Below, piece after piece: positions 49,560-63,180 of a stretch of DNA of 64,000 nucleotides; positions within the stretch are counted from its first letter, which is position 1, and each line of letters opens with the position of its first letter. A model generated the notes under the pieces. The model saw only the letters and a list, made by a program, of their open reading frames with translations. It did no database searches and was not told the origin of the DNA. Position numbers and translations under genes: made by a program. Source of the DNA: Eledone cirrhosa (lineage: Eukaryota); NCBI GenBank assembly GCA_964016885.1, contig OZ024757.1, forward strand, positions 20,646,001-20,710,000, given 5' to 3'.

Positions 49560-51700
49560 CAGCAGCAACACCTTACAGAATGGACTGGGTGTTTCTTGTC
49601 ATGGCAACAGCACAACCACCTTACAGAATGGACAGGGTGTTTCTTGTCATGGCACCAGCAGCACCACCTTACAGAATGGACTGGGTGTTTCTTGTCATGG
49701 CCCCAGCACAACTACTTTAGAGAATGGACAGGGTGTTTCTTGTCATGGCCCCAGCACAACTACCTTACAGAATGGACTGGGTGTTTCTTGTCATGGCACC
49801 AGCAGCACCACCTTACAGAATGGACTGGGTGTTTCTTGTCATGGCCCCAGCACAACTACCTTACAGAATGGACTGGGTGTTTCTTGTCATGGCACCAGCA
49901 CAACCACCTTACAGAATGGACAGGGTGTTTCTTGTCATGGCCCCAGCACAACTACCTTACAGAATGGACTGGGTGTTTCTTGTCATGGCACCAGCACAAC
50001 CACCTTACAGAATGGACTGGTTGTTTCTTGTCATGGCCCCAGCACAACTACCTTACAGAATGGACTGGGTGTTTCTTGTCATGGCCCCAGCACAACTACC
50101 TTACAGAATGGACTGGGTGTTTCTTGTCATGGCACCAGCACAACTACCTTACAGAATGGACTGGGTGTTTCTTGTCATGGCCCCAGCACAACCACCTTAC
50201 AGAATGGACTGGGTGTTTCTTGTCATGGCCCCAGCACAACCACCTTACAGAATGGATTGGGTGTTTCTTGTCATGGCCCCAGCACAACCACCTTACAGAA
50301 TGGACTGGGTGTTTCTTGTCATGGCACCAGCACAACTACCTTACAGAATGGACTGGGTGTTTCTTGTCATGGCCCCAGCACAACCACCTTACAGAATGGA
50401 CTGGGTGTTTCTTGTCATGGCCCCAGCACAACTACCTTACAGAATGGACAGGGTGTTTCTTGTCATGGCACCAGCACAACCACCTTACAGAATGGACTGG
50501 GTGTTTCTTGTCATGGCCCCAGCACAACCACCTTACAGAATGGACTGGGTGTTTCTTGTCATGGCCCCAGCACAACTACCTTACAGAATGGACTGGGTGT
50601 TTCTTGTCATGGCCCCAGCACAACTACCTTACAGAATGGACTGGGTGTTTCTTGTCATGGCACCAGCAGCACCACCACCTTACAGAATGGACTGGGTGTT
50701 TCTTGTCATGGCACCAGCACAACCACCTTACAGAATGGACTGGGTGTTTCTTGTCATGACACCAGCACAACTACCTTACAGAATGGACTGGGTGTTTCTT
50801 GTCATGACACCAGCACAACTACCTTACAGAATGGACTGGGTGTTTCTTGTCATGGCCCCAGCACAACCACCTTACAGAATGGACTGGGTGTTTCTTGTCA
50901 TGGCACCAGCACAACTACCTTACAGAATGGACTGGGTGTTTCTTGTCATGGCACCAGCACAACTACCTTACAGAATGGACTGGGTGTTTCTTGTCATGGC
51001 ACCAGCAGCACCACCACCTTACAGAATGGACTGGGTGTTTCTTGTCATGGCCCCAGCACAACCACCTTACAGAATGGACTGGGTGTTTCTTGTCATGACA
51101 CCAGCACAACTACCTTACAGAATGGACTGGGTGTTTCTTGTCATGGCCCCAGCACAACTACCTTACAGAATGGACTGGGTGTTTCTTGTCATGGCACCAG
51201 CAGCACCACCACCTTACAGAATGGACTGGGTGTTTCTTGTCATGGCCCCAGCACAACTACCTTACAGAATGGACTGGGTGTTTCTTGTCATGGCACCAGC
51301 AGCACCACCACCTTACAGAATGGACTGGGTGTTTCTTGTCATGGCCCCAGCACAACTACCTTACAGAATGGACTGGGTGTTTCTTGTCATGGCACCAGCA
51401 GCACCACCACCTTACAGAATGGACTGGGTGTTTCTTGTCATGGCCCCAGCACAACCACCTTACAGAATGGACTGGGTGTTTCTTGTCATGACACCAGCAC
51501 AACTACCTTACAGAATGGACTGGGTGTTTCTTGTCATGGCCCCAGCACAACTACCTTACAGAATGGACTGGGTGTTTCTTGTCATGGCACCAGCAGCACC
51601 ACCACCTTACAGAATGGACTGGGTGTTTCTTGTCATGGCACCAGCAGCACCACCACCTTACAGAATGGACTGGGTGTTTCTTGTCATGGCACCACCAGCA
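49560..51700. repeat. 48/51-bp minisatellite derived from the adjacent SINE A segment
   Basis: Unit ttacagaatggactgggtgtttcttgtcatggcaccagcacaaccacc versus SINE ttacagtgtgggctgggtgcttttttgccgtggcacctccacgaccac. Confidence 0.95.
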
Positions 51701-52557
51701 CCAGCACCACCACTACCTAATAGAGTGGGCTGGGTGGCTTTTTGTCATTGCAATAACACTACCACTTAGAGGGTGGACTGGGTCTTTTTTCTCATGGTAT
51801 CAGCACTACCGCCTAACATGTTTTAAATAAAATAAATTCAAATAGAAAAAATAAATCTGGTTTTAATATTAATCCTTGAAAACTTTAATCTTATTTAATT
51901 ATCACATTTTTGTTTCAAGATTTATGAAAACTTTTCAAAATATTTCTTACGAGACTTCATAGCTCAGAAGAGATTATTTCTGCTCCAATTAAGTTCACAA
52001 GAATTTGTTGTAACTTCTTTAGTAGTTTCAAATATTGTCTTAATCTGTTGTTAACAACACCACCACATATACACACACACACACTGGTACAACATTGCAT
52101 ATAAGGCTGCTCACACATTCAGACACACACATGTACACACACACACACACATGTACACACACACATATGCATACACACTCATGTACATACACACACTGGT
52201 ACAACATTGCATATAAGGCTGCTCACACATTCACACACACACACACACACATGTACACACACACATATGCATACACACTCATGTACACACACTGATACAA
52301 CATTACATATAAGACTTCTCTCTATCACACACACACAGGATAAAATGCTTCCAGTACATGCTGTAAAGTGGTAGGCATTAGGAAGTATCTGTGAATTGGG
52401 TTAGGGAAAGTGGAAGTGGATTATATTGACCCCAGTACTTGACTGGTATTTTATTTTATCAGCTTTGGTAGGATTATAAGCAAAGTTGACTTTAGTGGGA
52501 TTTGGACTTAGAATGTAAAGAGCCAGAAGAAACACTGCTAAGCATTTAAAAATAATA

Positions 52558-52760
52558 TTATAATAATGAAATTATTGTGTAAAGTGCTCAGGTGCACTGC
52601 AACTCATCAAAGGTGCATGTATAGTACATAGAACAATGTACAAATGCCAGGAAAATAAACAGTGTACGAGTCATGAAATACATGTGTGTGTGTGTGTGTA
52701 TGGAGGAGGGACATCAGGTGTAGTGTTTATCTATATACTACTATATACATCAGGTGTAGT
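52558..52760. mobile_element. Dispersed repeat (inverted copy with internal duplication at about 55630-55960)
   Basis: aataatgaaattattgtgtaaagtgctcaggtgcactgcaactcatcaaaggtgcatg... matches the reverse complement near 55850-55958. Confidence 0.75.
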
Positions 52761-52929
52761 GTTTATCTATATACTACTAAAATTCTGTTATTGTGTGCTT
52801 GTCTGTAATTTAATACATCCTGCCCTATCACTATCTTAATAATGACAAAGTTACTAAATTTCTTTAAATTCTTGAATATTTCCAAAATTATTTGAAAATC
52901 ATAAGAAGAGTCTTTCATTAGAAATATGG

Positions 52930-53270
52930 TAACAAAAGAGTTTATTATAATTTTTGCGACCACAGTTGAACATTCCTGACAAAGTCTACCCACAATTCAC
53001 AATTTTCCATTGTCACTGGCAACTGTTTCTTACTGAGATTTGTATTGTCTGAGAGTTGATCAATGAAGATTCTAGCAGATCTTCCCCTACTCTGTGAATT
53101 GGTTCCCACATTTCCTGCTTCCTTCTCCAGCCATGTCCTCCTGCACATCATAACCACCTTTGAGTAATTGTAGTTGTTATCTTGGCCAAGTTTTCATGTG
53201 AACTTTCATTTGTAATATAATGACAACAATTTATGTTTTGTACCATCTAGTTTCTTCTAAAATGCTTGTT
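52930..53270 (-). mobile_element. Decayed RTE-like LINE 3' fragment
   Basis: SRGRSARIFIDQLSDNTNL...MENCELW resembles RGRP...YIDQL...M.DR..W. Confidence 0.6.
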
Positions 53271-53447
53271 CAGGGTCTATTAGTGTTTATATTTAGTTAA
53301 AAACCTTCTATCATAATTTTATATAAGAATTTAAGTTATACTTCAAACACCAGCTTAATGTTTTCTGATTTAGGCACAAGGCCAACAATTTTGGAGGTTA
53401 GTGGTAAGTCAATTAAATCAACCCTAGTGCATTAATTTTATCGACCC

Positions 53448-53787
53448 ATCATCATCATCATCATCATTTTACGTCCGCTTTTCCCTGCTTGCAAGGGTGG
53501 GACGGGAACTGATTCTGGCTTGATTTCTACAGCTGGATGCCCTTCCTAACACCAACCTCATTTACAGTGAGTGCTGGGTGCTTTTTTTGCCGTGGCACCT
53601 CCACAACCACTTTGCAGTGGAATGATATAGACCCCAGTCCTATCATCTCATTTCTACAGCTGAGTAAACTGGAGCAATGTGAAATAAAGTGTCTTGCTCA
53701 AGGAAACAACACATCACCCGGTCTGAGAATTGAACTCACAACCTTTCAATTGCAAGGCCAATGCTCTAACCACTAAGCCATGTGCCT
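53448..53787 (-). mobile_element. SINE family A, full length
   Basis: Reverse complement of 3661-4008. Confidence 0.9.
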
Positions 53788-53999
53788 AAATTATATATTA
53801 ATTTATAATATATATTATTATATATTAATAAATAATAATTATTATTTATTATTAATAGTTATATAACAATGTCTCCTGATTCTTGATTATTTTCAAAATT
53901 ATTTGAAAATTATAGGAAGTGATTTTCTATTAGAAATATGGTAACGAAAGAGTTAAAGAGAATTTTTCTCTTTTGCTTATTTATTTTATTCCCCATTTT

Positions 54000-54454
54000 T
54001 GCTCTTGCGATTTTATTTTTGCAATGCTTATAAACTATTCAAAAAAGGAATAATTTTAGCCAAACTATTTTGTTAAAACAAATGTTAACACAAGTCAAAG
54101 CAACCATATCAATTACGTTGTGAAATACAGTGATTATGTCTGAAACAACAAAGTCAACCGGAAAAAATCTCAACAGCCATCTTAAATTAAACCTAAGACT
54201 TTTCTCATTTTTATTTTTATTTTTACTTCTGGTTGTTTTTTTTTTCCTTTTCAAACATCAGTGGATTATATTTATCAAAAGCTGTTTATTTCGAACATGT
54301 TAATAAAATTTCAAATGATGTCACCAAATCTTTTGAAATTAATTTTATTCTACTTATTTTTATTTCAGTCATTATAATGTCCCTAACATCATCACCAACA
54401 ACAACCACAAAACACGATACGACAGATATTTTTAATGTTTGTTGTTTCCTCAAG
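54000..54454 (-). other. Possible terminal exon (Ala-stop plus 3' UTR) of the minus-strand host gene; left boundary arbitrary
   Basis: Strong acceptor ttcttctcatctcttcctcacctctgcag|CTTGA; the phase-1 join to 61797 gives GCT TGA; non-repetitive AT-rich sequence with AATAAA motifs follows. Confidence 0.3.
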
Positions 54455-55493
54455 CTGCAGAGGTGAGGAAGAGATGAGAAGAAGAAAAGGAAAGACAGAC
54501 ACAGGGAAGGAAAGAAAGACAAGAAAGATAGAAAGACAGAAAAAGGAAAGAGAGAAAGAAAGCAGGGAAAGAAAGACAGACAGAATGATAAAAAGGAAGG
54601 AAGGTTGTATTTTTTATGGTCTGTTTCAATTCATGGTTAAATTGTTTGTTCCGGCAGCATTAGTTTAAAAAGTATTTATTTGATTGTTTGCCAGTGTTTC
54701 ATTTCACCATTGTAATAAATTATTTGTGATTTCACTGCAGTATCTGTCTCATTTCTCTAAGATATCTTCTGCAATCCCTTAACGAGATAATTATATTTCA
54801 AGATAAATTAGAATTCAAAGCAAAATAAAAATAAAAATAAAAATAAAAATAAATAAAAATAAAAAAAATAGTAAAAAAAAAAATGGCTTGCTGTAAGGCT
54901 TGATAGAAAAGGTTGCACGGCTGAACGAAGCCTATACATGGCGGCTATTTCTTTCTAATTCTGTATGTGTACAAGTGTATGTTCATGCATGCAGATGTGT
55001 CTGCATTATTCTCAAGAACATTTGTCTGGAAACTAATATATATATATATTTGATCAAATATTTAAGTAAATGTTTATATTACAAATATATATATATATAT
55101 CCAGTCATATCATGTTTATATATATATTATGTTGGAAATAAAATCATCAGAAGAGTTAAGGAAACTAAAAGATACCAGTCAGTAAAAGATACCATTTAGT
55201 TGTGTTAGGGAGGAGTAACCAGAGTTTAAAAAGGTACTCAGTACATTGGTAGAGGATAAGCATCTTTATTATATATAGTAATGACTTCTACAGGACCAGA
55301 ACTGTTTCATTTGTATGAAATCATCTTTTTGGTGGATACTAAAATAAAGTCATTACGGACAGTCTTTTTAGTGGATAATAAAAGGAGCTCAGCTGCCGGG
55401 GTCCTGAATCCTTCATATTACCCCCTCTATTACTCCAAGTATTGAGTATTCTGGTGAGTAATGGTCTAACTGGTTTTTACTGCATCCATTCTG

Positions 55494-55541
<48 letters not shown>

Positions 55542-56309
55542 GAAATATTGCTATCATTATTATATATATTATTCTAAGTTTATGGTAACAAATTAACAGG
55601 CTTTTCTACAAATTAGTATGAAATTAATTATTTAAGTCTTCATGCTTCCCGAAATACGCCAAAACTACACCTGATGTACCCCTTCCATGCACATGCACAC
55701 ATGTGTGTATCATGACTCGTGCACTGTTCATTTTACTGATGTTTGTGCATTGCCCTATGTACTGTACATGCTCTTTTTTGATGAGTTGTGGTGCACCTGG
55801 GCACTGTACACAATATTTCATTATTGTTATTGTTATTATATCATGACTCGTACACTGTTCATTTTCCTGACATTTGTACATTATTCTATGTACTATACAT
55901 GCACCTTTGATGAGTTGTAGTGCACCTGAGCACTGTACACAATAATTTCATTATTATTATACAGAAATATAATAATAATACACATTTTAATTAGATTAAT
56001 GGCATTTGTTATGTAGAATCCATGACTAAAGGCAACTAATTAATATATTTTGCAAGGTCAAATAGTTCTTTAATTGCAGAGATTAAGGAAGATTACGAAG
56101 TTGAATTGAGCCTGAGAATATAATGACTGCTTCTAAATTAAACAAAACATCAAATCTCAATCTGGAAATTCTAAGTTAACTCTTTTGTTATCAACTGGGC
56201 CAAAACTGACTCAGGTACTATGAATCAAAACCACCTATTTTAAATGGTTCCTATCTAAATTAAACTCTTACAACATAATAAATATCATATAAGAATTATG
56301 TTATATTAT

Positions 56310-56806
56310 AAGTACAAAGCGAAACCTACAGTCAGTAGGCACCTCTTAATCAAATATAAACCCCCATCCCACTACCCCAACTCCCCATCAACACCACCCC
56401 TTTCTCTGTAAAGTTATGTTGGTACCACAACAGCCAGTCCTAAATGAATGAGGTCATGTAGGTGTCACGACAAAAAAAACACACAGTCCACGGTGTAATG
56501 TGGCCGTGTAGGTAACACGGTAAAAACCTCCCAGTCCCACACTGTAAATGTGGTTGGTGTTAGAAAAACCTGCCAGACAGTCCCATACGAGTGAGATGAC
56601 CAATCTTGCTTTTTTTGCCGTGGCACCTCCACAACCACTTCGCAGTGGAATGATATAGACCCCAGTCCTATCATCTCATTTCTACAGCTGAGTAAACTGG
56701 AGCAATGTGAAATAAAGTGTCTTGCTCAAGGAAACAACACATCACCCGGTCTGAGAATTGAACTCACAACCTTTCGATTGCAAAGCCAATGCTCTAACCA
56801 CTAAGA
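56310..56806. mobile_element. RTE 3' UTR (plus) fused directly to an inverted SINE A 5' half (minus)
   Basis: Junction near 56608 at ...ccaatcttgc|ttttttgccgtggc. Confidence 0.82.
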
Positions 56807-56870
56807 CATATATATATATATGAATTCATATGTATCACATTCGCAACAACGCAGCATTCCATTTTTCATT

Positions 56871-56906
<36 letters not shown>

Positions 56907-57209
56907 CACACACACACAGACACACACATATAAAGGCTTGAGGAGTGAGAGACATGGGAGAGGAAATGAAATGAAATTTACAGAAGTATGTTTCTATGTA
57001 AGAAAGCATCCATGCATGTGTATGGCAATATTAATTTTTGTTTTTTTCTTCTTTATAGTAGTACGAACCAGACACAAGACTAATATGTTGGGGAAAAGAC
57101 AAAGCAACTTGAATATTTCACTAGAATTTCTTTTTCTCCTTCCTCAGAATAACAAACTTACAACAACATCTAATTAAAAAAATCTAATATCCTGACCATA
57201 TCTACAACT

Positions 57210-57264
<55 letters not shown>

Positions 57265-57474
57265 ACATATATGTATAAGTATGTATGTATATATATTCTA
57301 TTATTGAAAACACACAAAAACATGTGCACTTGTGCGTGTTGGTGCACCAATAAAAACAGCAAGTGGTGGGATAGAAAGAAGAATTGTTAAATTACTGGTC
57401 AGGTCACAATACCTTTATGGTAGTTATGTCGCTGATTTCAAATTTTGTACAAATCGATTTAGACCTTTCATTTT

Positions 57475-57935
57475 TTCGAGAGATCACAGCTCCAATATTA
57501 TGGGCATGTGGTTAGAATGTCTCAGGAAGGAATTGCTGCACAGATTTGTAGCTTGGAGATCAGGGAGTCACTCCAGGTAGAGCTGCTACTTCTCCGAATT
57601 GAGAGATCACAGCTCCAATACTACGAGCATACATTTAGAATGTCTCAGGAAGGAATTGCTGGACAGATTTGTAGCTTGGAGATCAGGGAGTCACTCCAGG
57701 TAGAGCTGCTACTTCTCCGAATTGAGAGATCACAGCTCCAATACTACGAGCATACATTTAGAATGTCTCAAAACCAACCAGCAGGAGACCCAGACGTAGA
57801 ACCTGAGCAAGATGGTTGGATAATATCCATGAACTTGGCTGGTTTCGCTTGAGGATCCTAGCAGATTAGTTGGAGATGTTTGCTTCTGACAGGACCCACT
57901 GGAAGGAATGTTTGAGGACTCTACTCCCTCAACCC
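57475..57935 (+). mobile_element. RTE LINE (second family) 3' fragment with a 123-bp internal tandem duplication
   Basis: gagagatcac at 57478, 57601 and 57724; SLEIRESLQVELLLLRIERSQLQYY. Confidence 0.85.
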
Positions 57936-58606
57936 TTTCAGGAGGAGGAGGAGGAGGAGGAAGAATAATAAGAAGAAGAATGCATCCTAGATTTATGAAA
58001 CAAATCTGCCCATTTTAAAAATCTTCATACTTGATATTAGGATGAAAAGCAAAGTTGACCATGACAGATTTGAACTCAGAATGCAAAGAGCCGGATTGTT
58101 CGACCAATTCTGCCAATCCACCACCCTTGTTTGTTTTTAATATGGGTTTCTGATTTAAGCACAAAGCCAAAAAATTTTTTTGGGGAGAGGAGGGGGGGGG
58201 GTCAATTAAACTGACCCCAGTGTATTACTGGTACTTTATTTTATCGAGCCCCGTAATGATGAAATGCAAAGCTAACCTCGGGAGGATTTGAAGTCAGATC
58301 GTAAAGGGCCGTAACTCTATGCTGTAGAGCATGGCGTACGACGCTCTACCGATACTGCCAAAAAACCTTTCAACAGAATTTTATTTAAGAAATGTTTATA
58401 TATATCAGTTTACTATTAAGAAGATTTTTTTATCATTTTCAAAATAAATTGAAGCAAGCGGGTAAAGTTATTTACAAGAAATACAGTAAGAAAAGGCATA
58501 ATTCTCCAGAGCTTCATAAGTACAATCTGTGGGGCTGAGCCCATAATGTTGTCAGTTGGGCCTTCATCATCACTCATATCCAGTAGTATAAATCTGTGAC
58601 AAATCT

Positions 58607-58996
58607 GAAGGCACATGGCTTAGTGGTTAGAGCATTGGGCTTGCAATCGAAAGGTTGTGAGTTCAACTCTCGGACCGAGTGATGTGTTGTTTCCTTGAGC
58701 AAGACACATTATTTCACATTGCTCCAGTTTACTCAGCTGTAGAAATGAGATGATAGGGACTGGGGTCCCTATCATTCCACTGCAAAGTGGAAGTGTAGGC
58801 GCCACGGAAAAAAAGCACCCAGCCCACACTGTAAATGAGGTTGGTGTTAGGAAGGGCATCCAGCCGTAGAAATCAAGCCAGAATCAGTTCCCGTATGAGC
58901 AAGACAAAGTCAGCCGACAAGACACTGCCCACAACAGGACAACCCGTCTAACCCATGCTAGCGTGGAAGAACGGACGTAAAACGGTGATGATGATG
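58607..58996 (+). mobile_element. SINE family A, long-tail variant, full length
   Basis: Same head and CORE as 3661; tail as 26048-26272. Confidence 0.9.
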
Positions 58997-59265
58997 AACT
59001 CAAATCATTGGGTCTACCTAGTGCTCACCCACAGACACATCTACACTGGAAGGGGAGGAAGAGACCCATGCTGTTCAGGAGGCAGACCCTCTTGTTAACC
59101 TCCTTCTGCTTATGTGACACCACACCCACTCCTACACGTACACTTCCAGGAAGGTCACCCTAACCCTTCAATCCTAGCAGGCTGTGTTCTAATATAGCAG
59201 AAACAGACCAATCACCAAAATCAGTAAAACAATTAATCAAAATAATATACCACACATGTCTGAAT

Positions 59266-59310
<45 letters not shown>

Positions 59311-59424
59311 ATATATATATCATCATCGATTAATGTCTATTTTTCATGCAAACATGGGTTAGACGGGTTTGTGCCATTTGATGCAAGTTGAGTTGAGTGA
59401 CCGTGTCTCGCTTGTATAGGATTG

Positions 59425-59455
<31 letters not shown>

Positions 59456-61199
59456 GAAGGAGGTGTGGTAAGGAACCAGATGGACCATAACACACCAGAG
59501 TACTCAATACTTAGGTCCAGAAATAGCTGTCGAAACAGCTTGAGCTCTGCCGTCGGGGTTAAACATTTTCCTATATATATAGATATATATATCAGCAAAG
59601 AGATATTTAATTTGTTGGTAATTCAACAAATATATTTATAACAGATTTGAAGCACTCGACATGTTTTCTGGAGTATAATATCAATGATATTAATAAATGG
59701 AAACTATATTTATAAAACCATAATTATTTTATTATATATATTTCAAGGGTTCCAAAACTTTGGTACACTTGAATAGAAGCTTTGCTGCAATATTTTTACT
59801 AAATAATATAGTCTAATAATATATATATATAGCCTAAGAAAATATCTATATGCGTGTGTAATTTATACAAGCATATATTTATTTTTTTTATTTTCAATTG
59901 AGTTCTTAAACACGTCGGATTGATAATGTTTTCAAAAAAACTAATTAACCCGCGTGTATATTATTTTTTTCCTCATTTCGTGGGTTGTCTCCCCTTCCCG
60001 CTTCGTGTCGCTATGATACTTCCTCAGTCAAAAACTGCTGGAATTTCAAATTTGGCGGTCATTCGAGGTGAGAGAGAGCTACTGTACGGACATGATTTTT
60101 GACAGCGGTAAGAAATTTGTTTTCTTATATCAATGTTTAATGGGCTTCCACTGACGATTTATAAGTGCCCACCTAAATATATTCTTACATGAATATATAT
60201 CAGGCTTCTACATAAACTGGAAACATTCTCCCAAACTTGTAGAAAACTTATAATGAAACAATTGTTTGGAAAGAGAGATATACTTTAACTTTAATTATAT
60301 CTCATAAAATAATACAACTGGTTTTCCCACATTATACATATTGTTAGCACCCCAAACACTTAAATTGGGTTTATATTTTAATATAACCTAATGTTTGTTG
60401 AGTGAGATGGTTACCAGTCAGAGTTTAGCTTTAAACTATCTCTGTTATTGTATTAATTATATATATATAACGAAGGAGTTGTGGTAAGATACCAGATGGA
60501 CCATAACGCACCAGAATACTCAATACTTAGGGTAGTAGAGTGGCTAATCCAGAAATAGCCGTGGAAACGGCTTGAGCTCTGCCTTTGGGGGTCATACTTA
60601 CTCCTATATATATATATATAATTATATGTACGGTATGTACACAGTTCTTCTATGTTTGATTTTACACCGAATTGCATATGGTTAATTATGTACTTGGTCG
60701 ATTTATGTATGCTGTCGAAATGTTGGATAAATAACCTGCTGTGGATACCGCGAAGAAGCCACTCTCGTTTATTTGTCGGAGATTTCTTCATAGGAGCTTT
60801 TATCCTTATGGCTTAGTATAATTGATTTTTTATATGGTTGATTGTGCTGTTTGGCAGAGGAAATGGAGTATATATTTTGTTTATCTAATAATTCTGTAGA
60901 CATGATTTATAATAATATAATTATATATATATATATTTATTTAATTAGAAAGTAAACAACACAATTAAATAGCTCTGTATTTTACACAGAGCACTCTTTT
61001 TTCCTTTGCTTGTTCTTCGGAAATACTTAACACACACACATTTAGTTGTATATATATATATATATATATATATCTGTCTGTAACTAACCATAATATACCA
61101 TGCGTGCTTGTATATTTATTTAATAGCAATACTTAAAGTAACTAAATATTTTTCTAAAAGATATTCTCAGGGATATCTGAATATTTTAGCTGAGAAAGA

Positions 61200-61603
61200 T
61201 AATAATTGTTTCTACTTTAGGCACAAGGCCAGCAATTATCCCAGTGTATTACTGGTACTTTATTTTATCGACCCCGTAAGGATGAAAGGCAAAGCTAACC
61301 TCAGCGGGATTTGAACTCAGAATGTAAAGGGCCATAACTATATGCCACGAAGCATATTGTCCAATGCTCTACCAATACTGCCAATCCACTGCTCTTGGAT
61401 AATAATAATTGTTTCTACTTTTGGCACAAGGCCAGCAATTATCCCAGTGCATTACTGGTACTTTATTTTATCGACCCCGTAAGGATGAAAGGCAAAGTTA
61501 ACCTCGGCGGGATTTGAACTCAGACCCATAAAAGGGCCGTAACTCTTTGCTGCAAAGCATGGCGTCCGGCCCTCTACCGATACTGCCAATCCACCACTCT
61601 TGG

Positions 61604-61653
<50 letters not shown>

Positions 61654-61750
61654 TGTTTCTACGTTTGGCACAAGGCCAGCAATTACCCCAGTACATTATT
61701 ACTGGTACTTTATTTTATCGACCCCGTAAGGCTGAAAGGCAAAGCTAACA
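61200..61750 (-). mobile_element. Three tandem SINE family B copies separated by (AAT)n tails
   Basis: aattgtttctac..ggcacaaggccagcaatt at about 61204, 61407 and 61651. Confidence 0.88.
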
Positions 61751-61796
61751 ATAATATTAACAAGAAGAAGAAGAGGAAGTAGAGGGAATATGTTAC

Positions 61797-62014
61797 CTGT
61801 ATTGCAGGAGAGCTGGTTGTTGTTTTGTTGATTCAGATGAGAGCGAACCTTCTCATTGGTACCACAAGCTGAAGTACTGCTTCCCTGAGATTTATTTCTA
61901 GAATTGTTGAGGTTAGTGGTTGTGTTAGCATTGCCGTTGAAATGACTGGTATCTTTAGTGGTGGGGTTGCTAATGGTGGGACACTTATTTCCTTGTTTGA
62001 ATGAAGCAGGAAGT
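61797..62014 (-). CDS. Internal coding exon of an unidentified host gene (N/S/T/Q-rich, probably disordered)
   Basis: Acceptor tttttgttttctacatttcatttcag|A and donor CAG|gtaaca; 218 nt = 1+216+1; open frame LPASFKQGNKCPTISNPTTKDTSHFNGNANTTTNLNNSRNKSQGSSTSACGTNEKVRSHLNQQNNNQLSCNT; unique sequence. Confidence 0.65.
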
Positions 62015-62079
62015 CTGAAATGAAATGTAGAAAACAAAAATGTGATGGTTAGATATTGGTAAAACTGAATTACTGAACA

Positions 62080-62378
62080 TAGTAGTAGTAAGGGTGGTGG
62101 TAGTGGTGGTCGTTGTGGTGGCTGTGGTAGTGGTAGTGGTGGTGGTGGTAATAGTAGTAGTGGTGGTAGTAGTAGTAGTAGTAGAGGTAGTAGGACTGTT
62201 GGTAGTAGTGGTGGTGGTGGTGTTAGTAGTAGTAGTGGTGGTAGTAGTAGTAGTAGTGGTGGTGGTGTTAGTAGTAGTAGTAGTGGTGGTAATAGTAGTA
62301 GTAGTCATAGTTGGAAGTAGGAGTAGTAGTGGTAGTGTTGGTAGTAGTAGTAGTAGTGGTGGTGGTGGTAATAGTAGA
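62080..62378. repeat. (GTA/GTG)n array
   Basis: Direct reading. Confidence 0.92.
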
Positions 62379-62839
62379 AACCACATTAACAAGACATTCT
62401 TGAAAAGTACAAAATATCACTACAATACATCTCATTACAAATTAATGTCTTTATTGTAATACTGCAAGTTTTCACAACAATCTGTCTACCAGTAAAGATA
62501 CTATAAACATTTGAATTAACAGACAGGTTTTTCAACATTTTCCTCTAAAATCATTACAGGATGTTAAGAATTAATAAAGTATTTACTACAGGAAATTTCC
62601 TAAAGATTAAAAACATTTAGTTTTAAATATATTCTCCAAACAATGACATCAGCAACACTATAAACATCAAAACAAACTGACATCAGCAAATAAAAATAAC
62701 AACGGTGATGGCTTTTACAACATACATTATTCTGATGAATTGAGCCAGTTTGTTTTGGAGGAATCGATTAGACAAACTAAAGCAGTTTATACAAAGAGAG
62801 TCCATTAAATTTATTATGTAAATTACAGAGAATGACTAA

Positions 62840-63180
62840 TACAGTTTCTATAGAATGGAGAATGCTGTTTAACCAAGGCTCTATTTACAATATATAGCTC
62901 TATAAAATGGAATGATGTGGTTTTATCAAGGAACTATTTACAGTATTTAGTTACTATACATTAGAGAATGTTGAGGTTTAACTAAGGCACTATTTACAAC
63001 ATATCTCTCTATACAATGGAATGTTGGGGGTCACACTAAGGCACTACTGACAACATGCAGGTTCTATACATTAGAGGCTGCTGTGGTTTTACTAAGGCAC
63101 TATTTACAATATATAGTTCCTATACAGTGGAATGTTGGGGGTTTTTTACAAAGGCATTATTCACCATATAGTTTCTATAA
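62840..63180. repeat. Old degenerate tandem repeat of about 59 bp
   Basis: Recurring ctata...gaatg...aaggcactatttacaa; one more unit after 63335. Confidence 0.7.

Noticed and set aside
47021-51769. 745-aa, 681-aa, 487-aa and 387-aa ORFs as genes
   Set aside because: Entirely composed of SINE-derived 36- and 48-bp tandem units; several frames and both strands are open at once, as expected for 3n-period satellites
55290-55340. Degenerate hammerhead-like motifs (also 27018-27055, 5572-5612, 40845-40895, 59990-60032)
   Set aside because: Each lacks part of the CUGANGA/GAAA/NUH core or a credible stem
58416-58616. Minus ORF with DMSDDEGPTDN as a host exon
   Set aside because: Weak acceptor, no convincing donor, and the open frame is not phase-compatible with the 61797 donor
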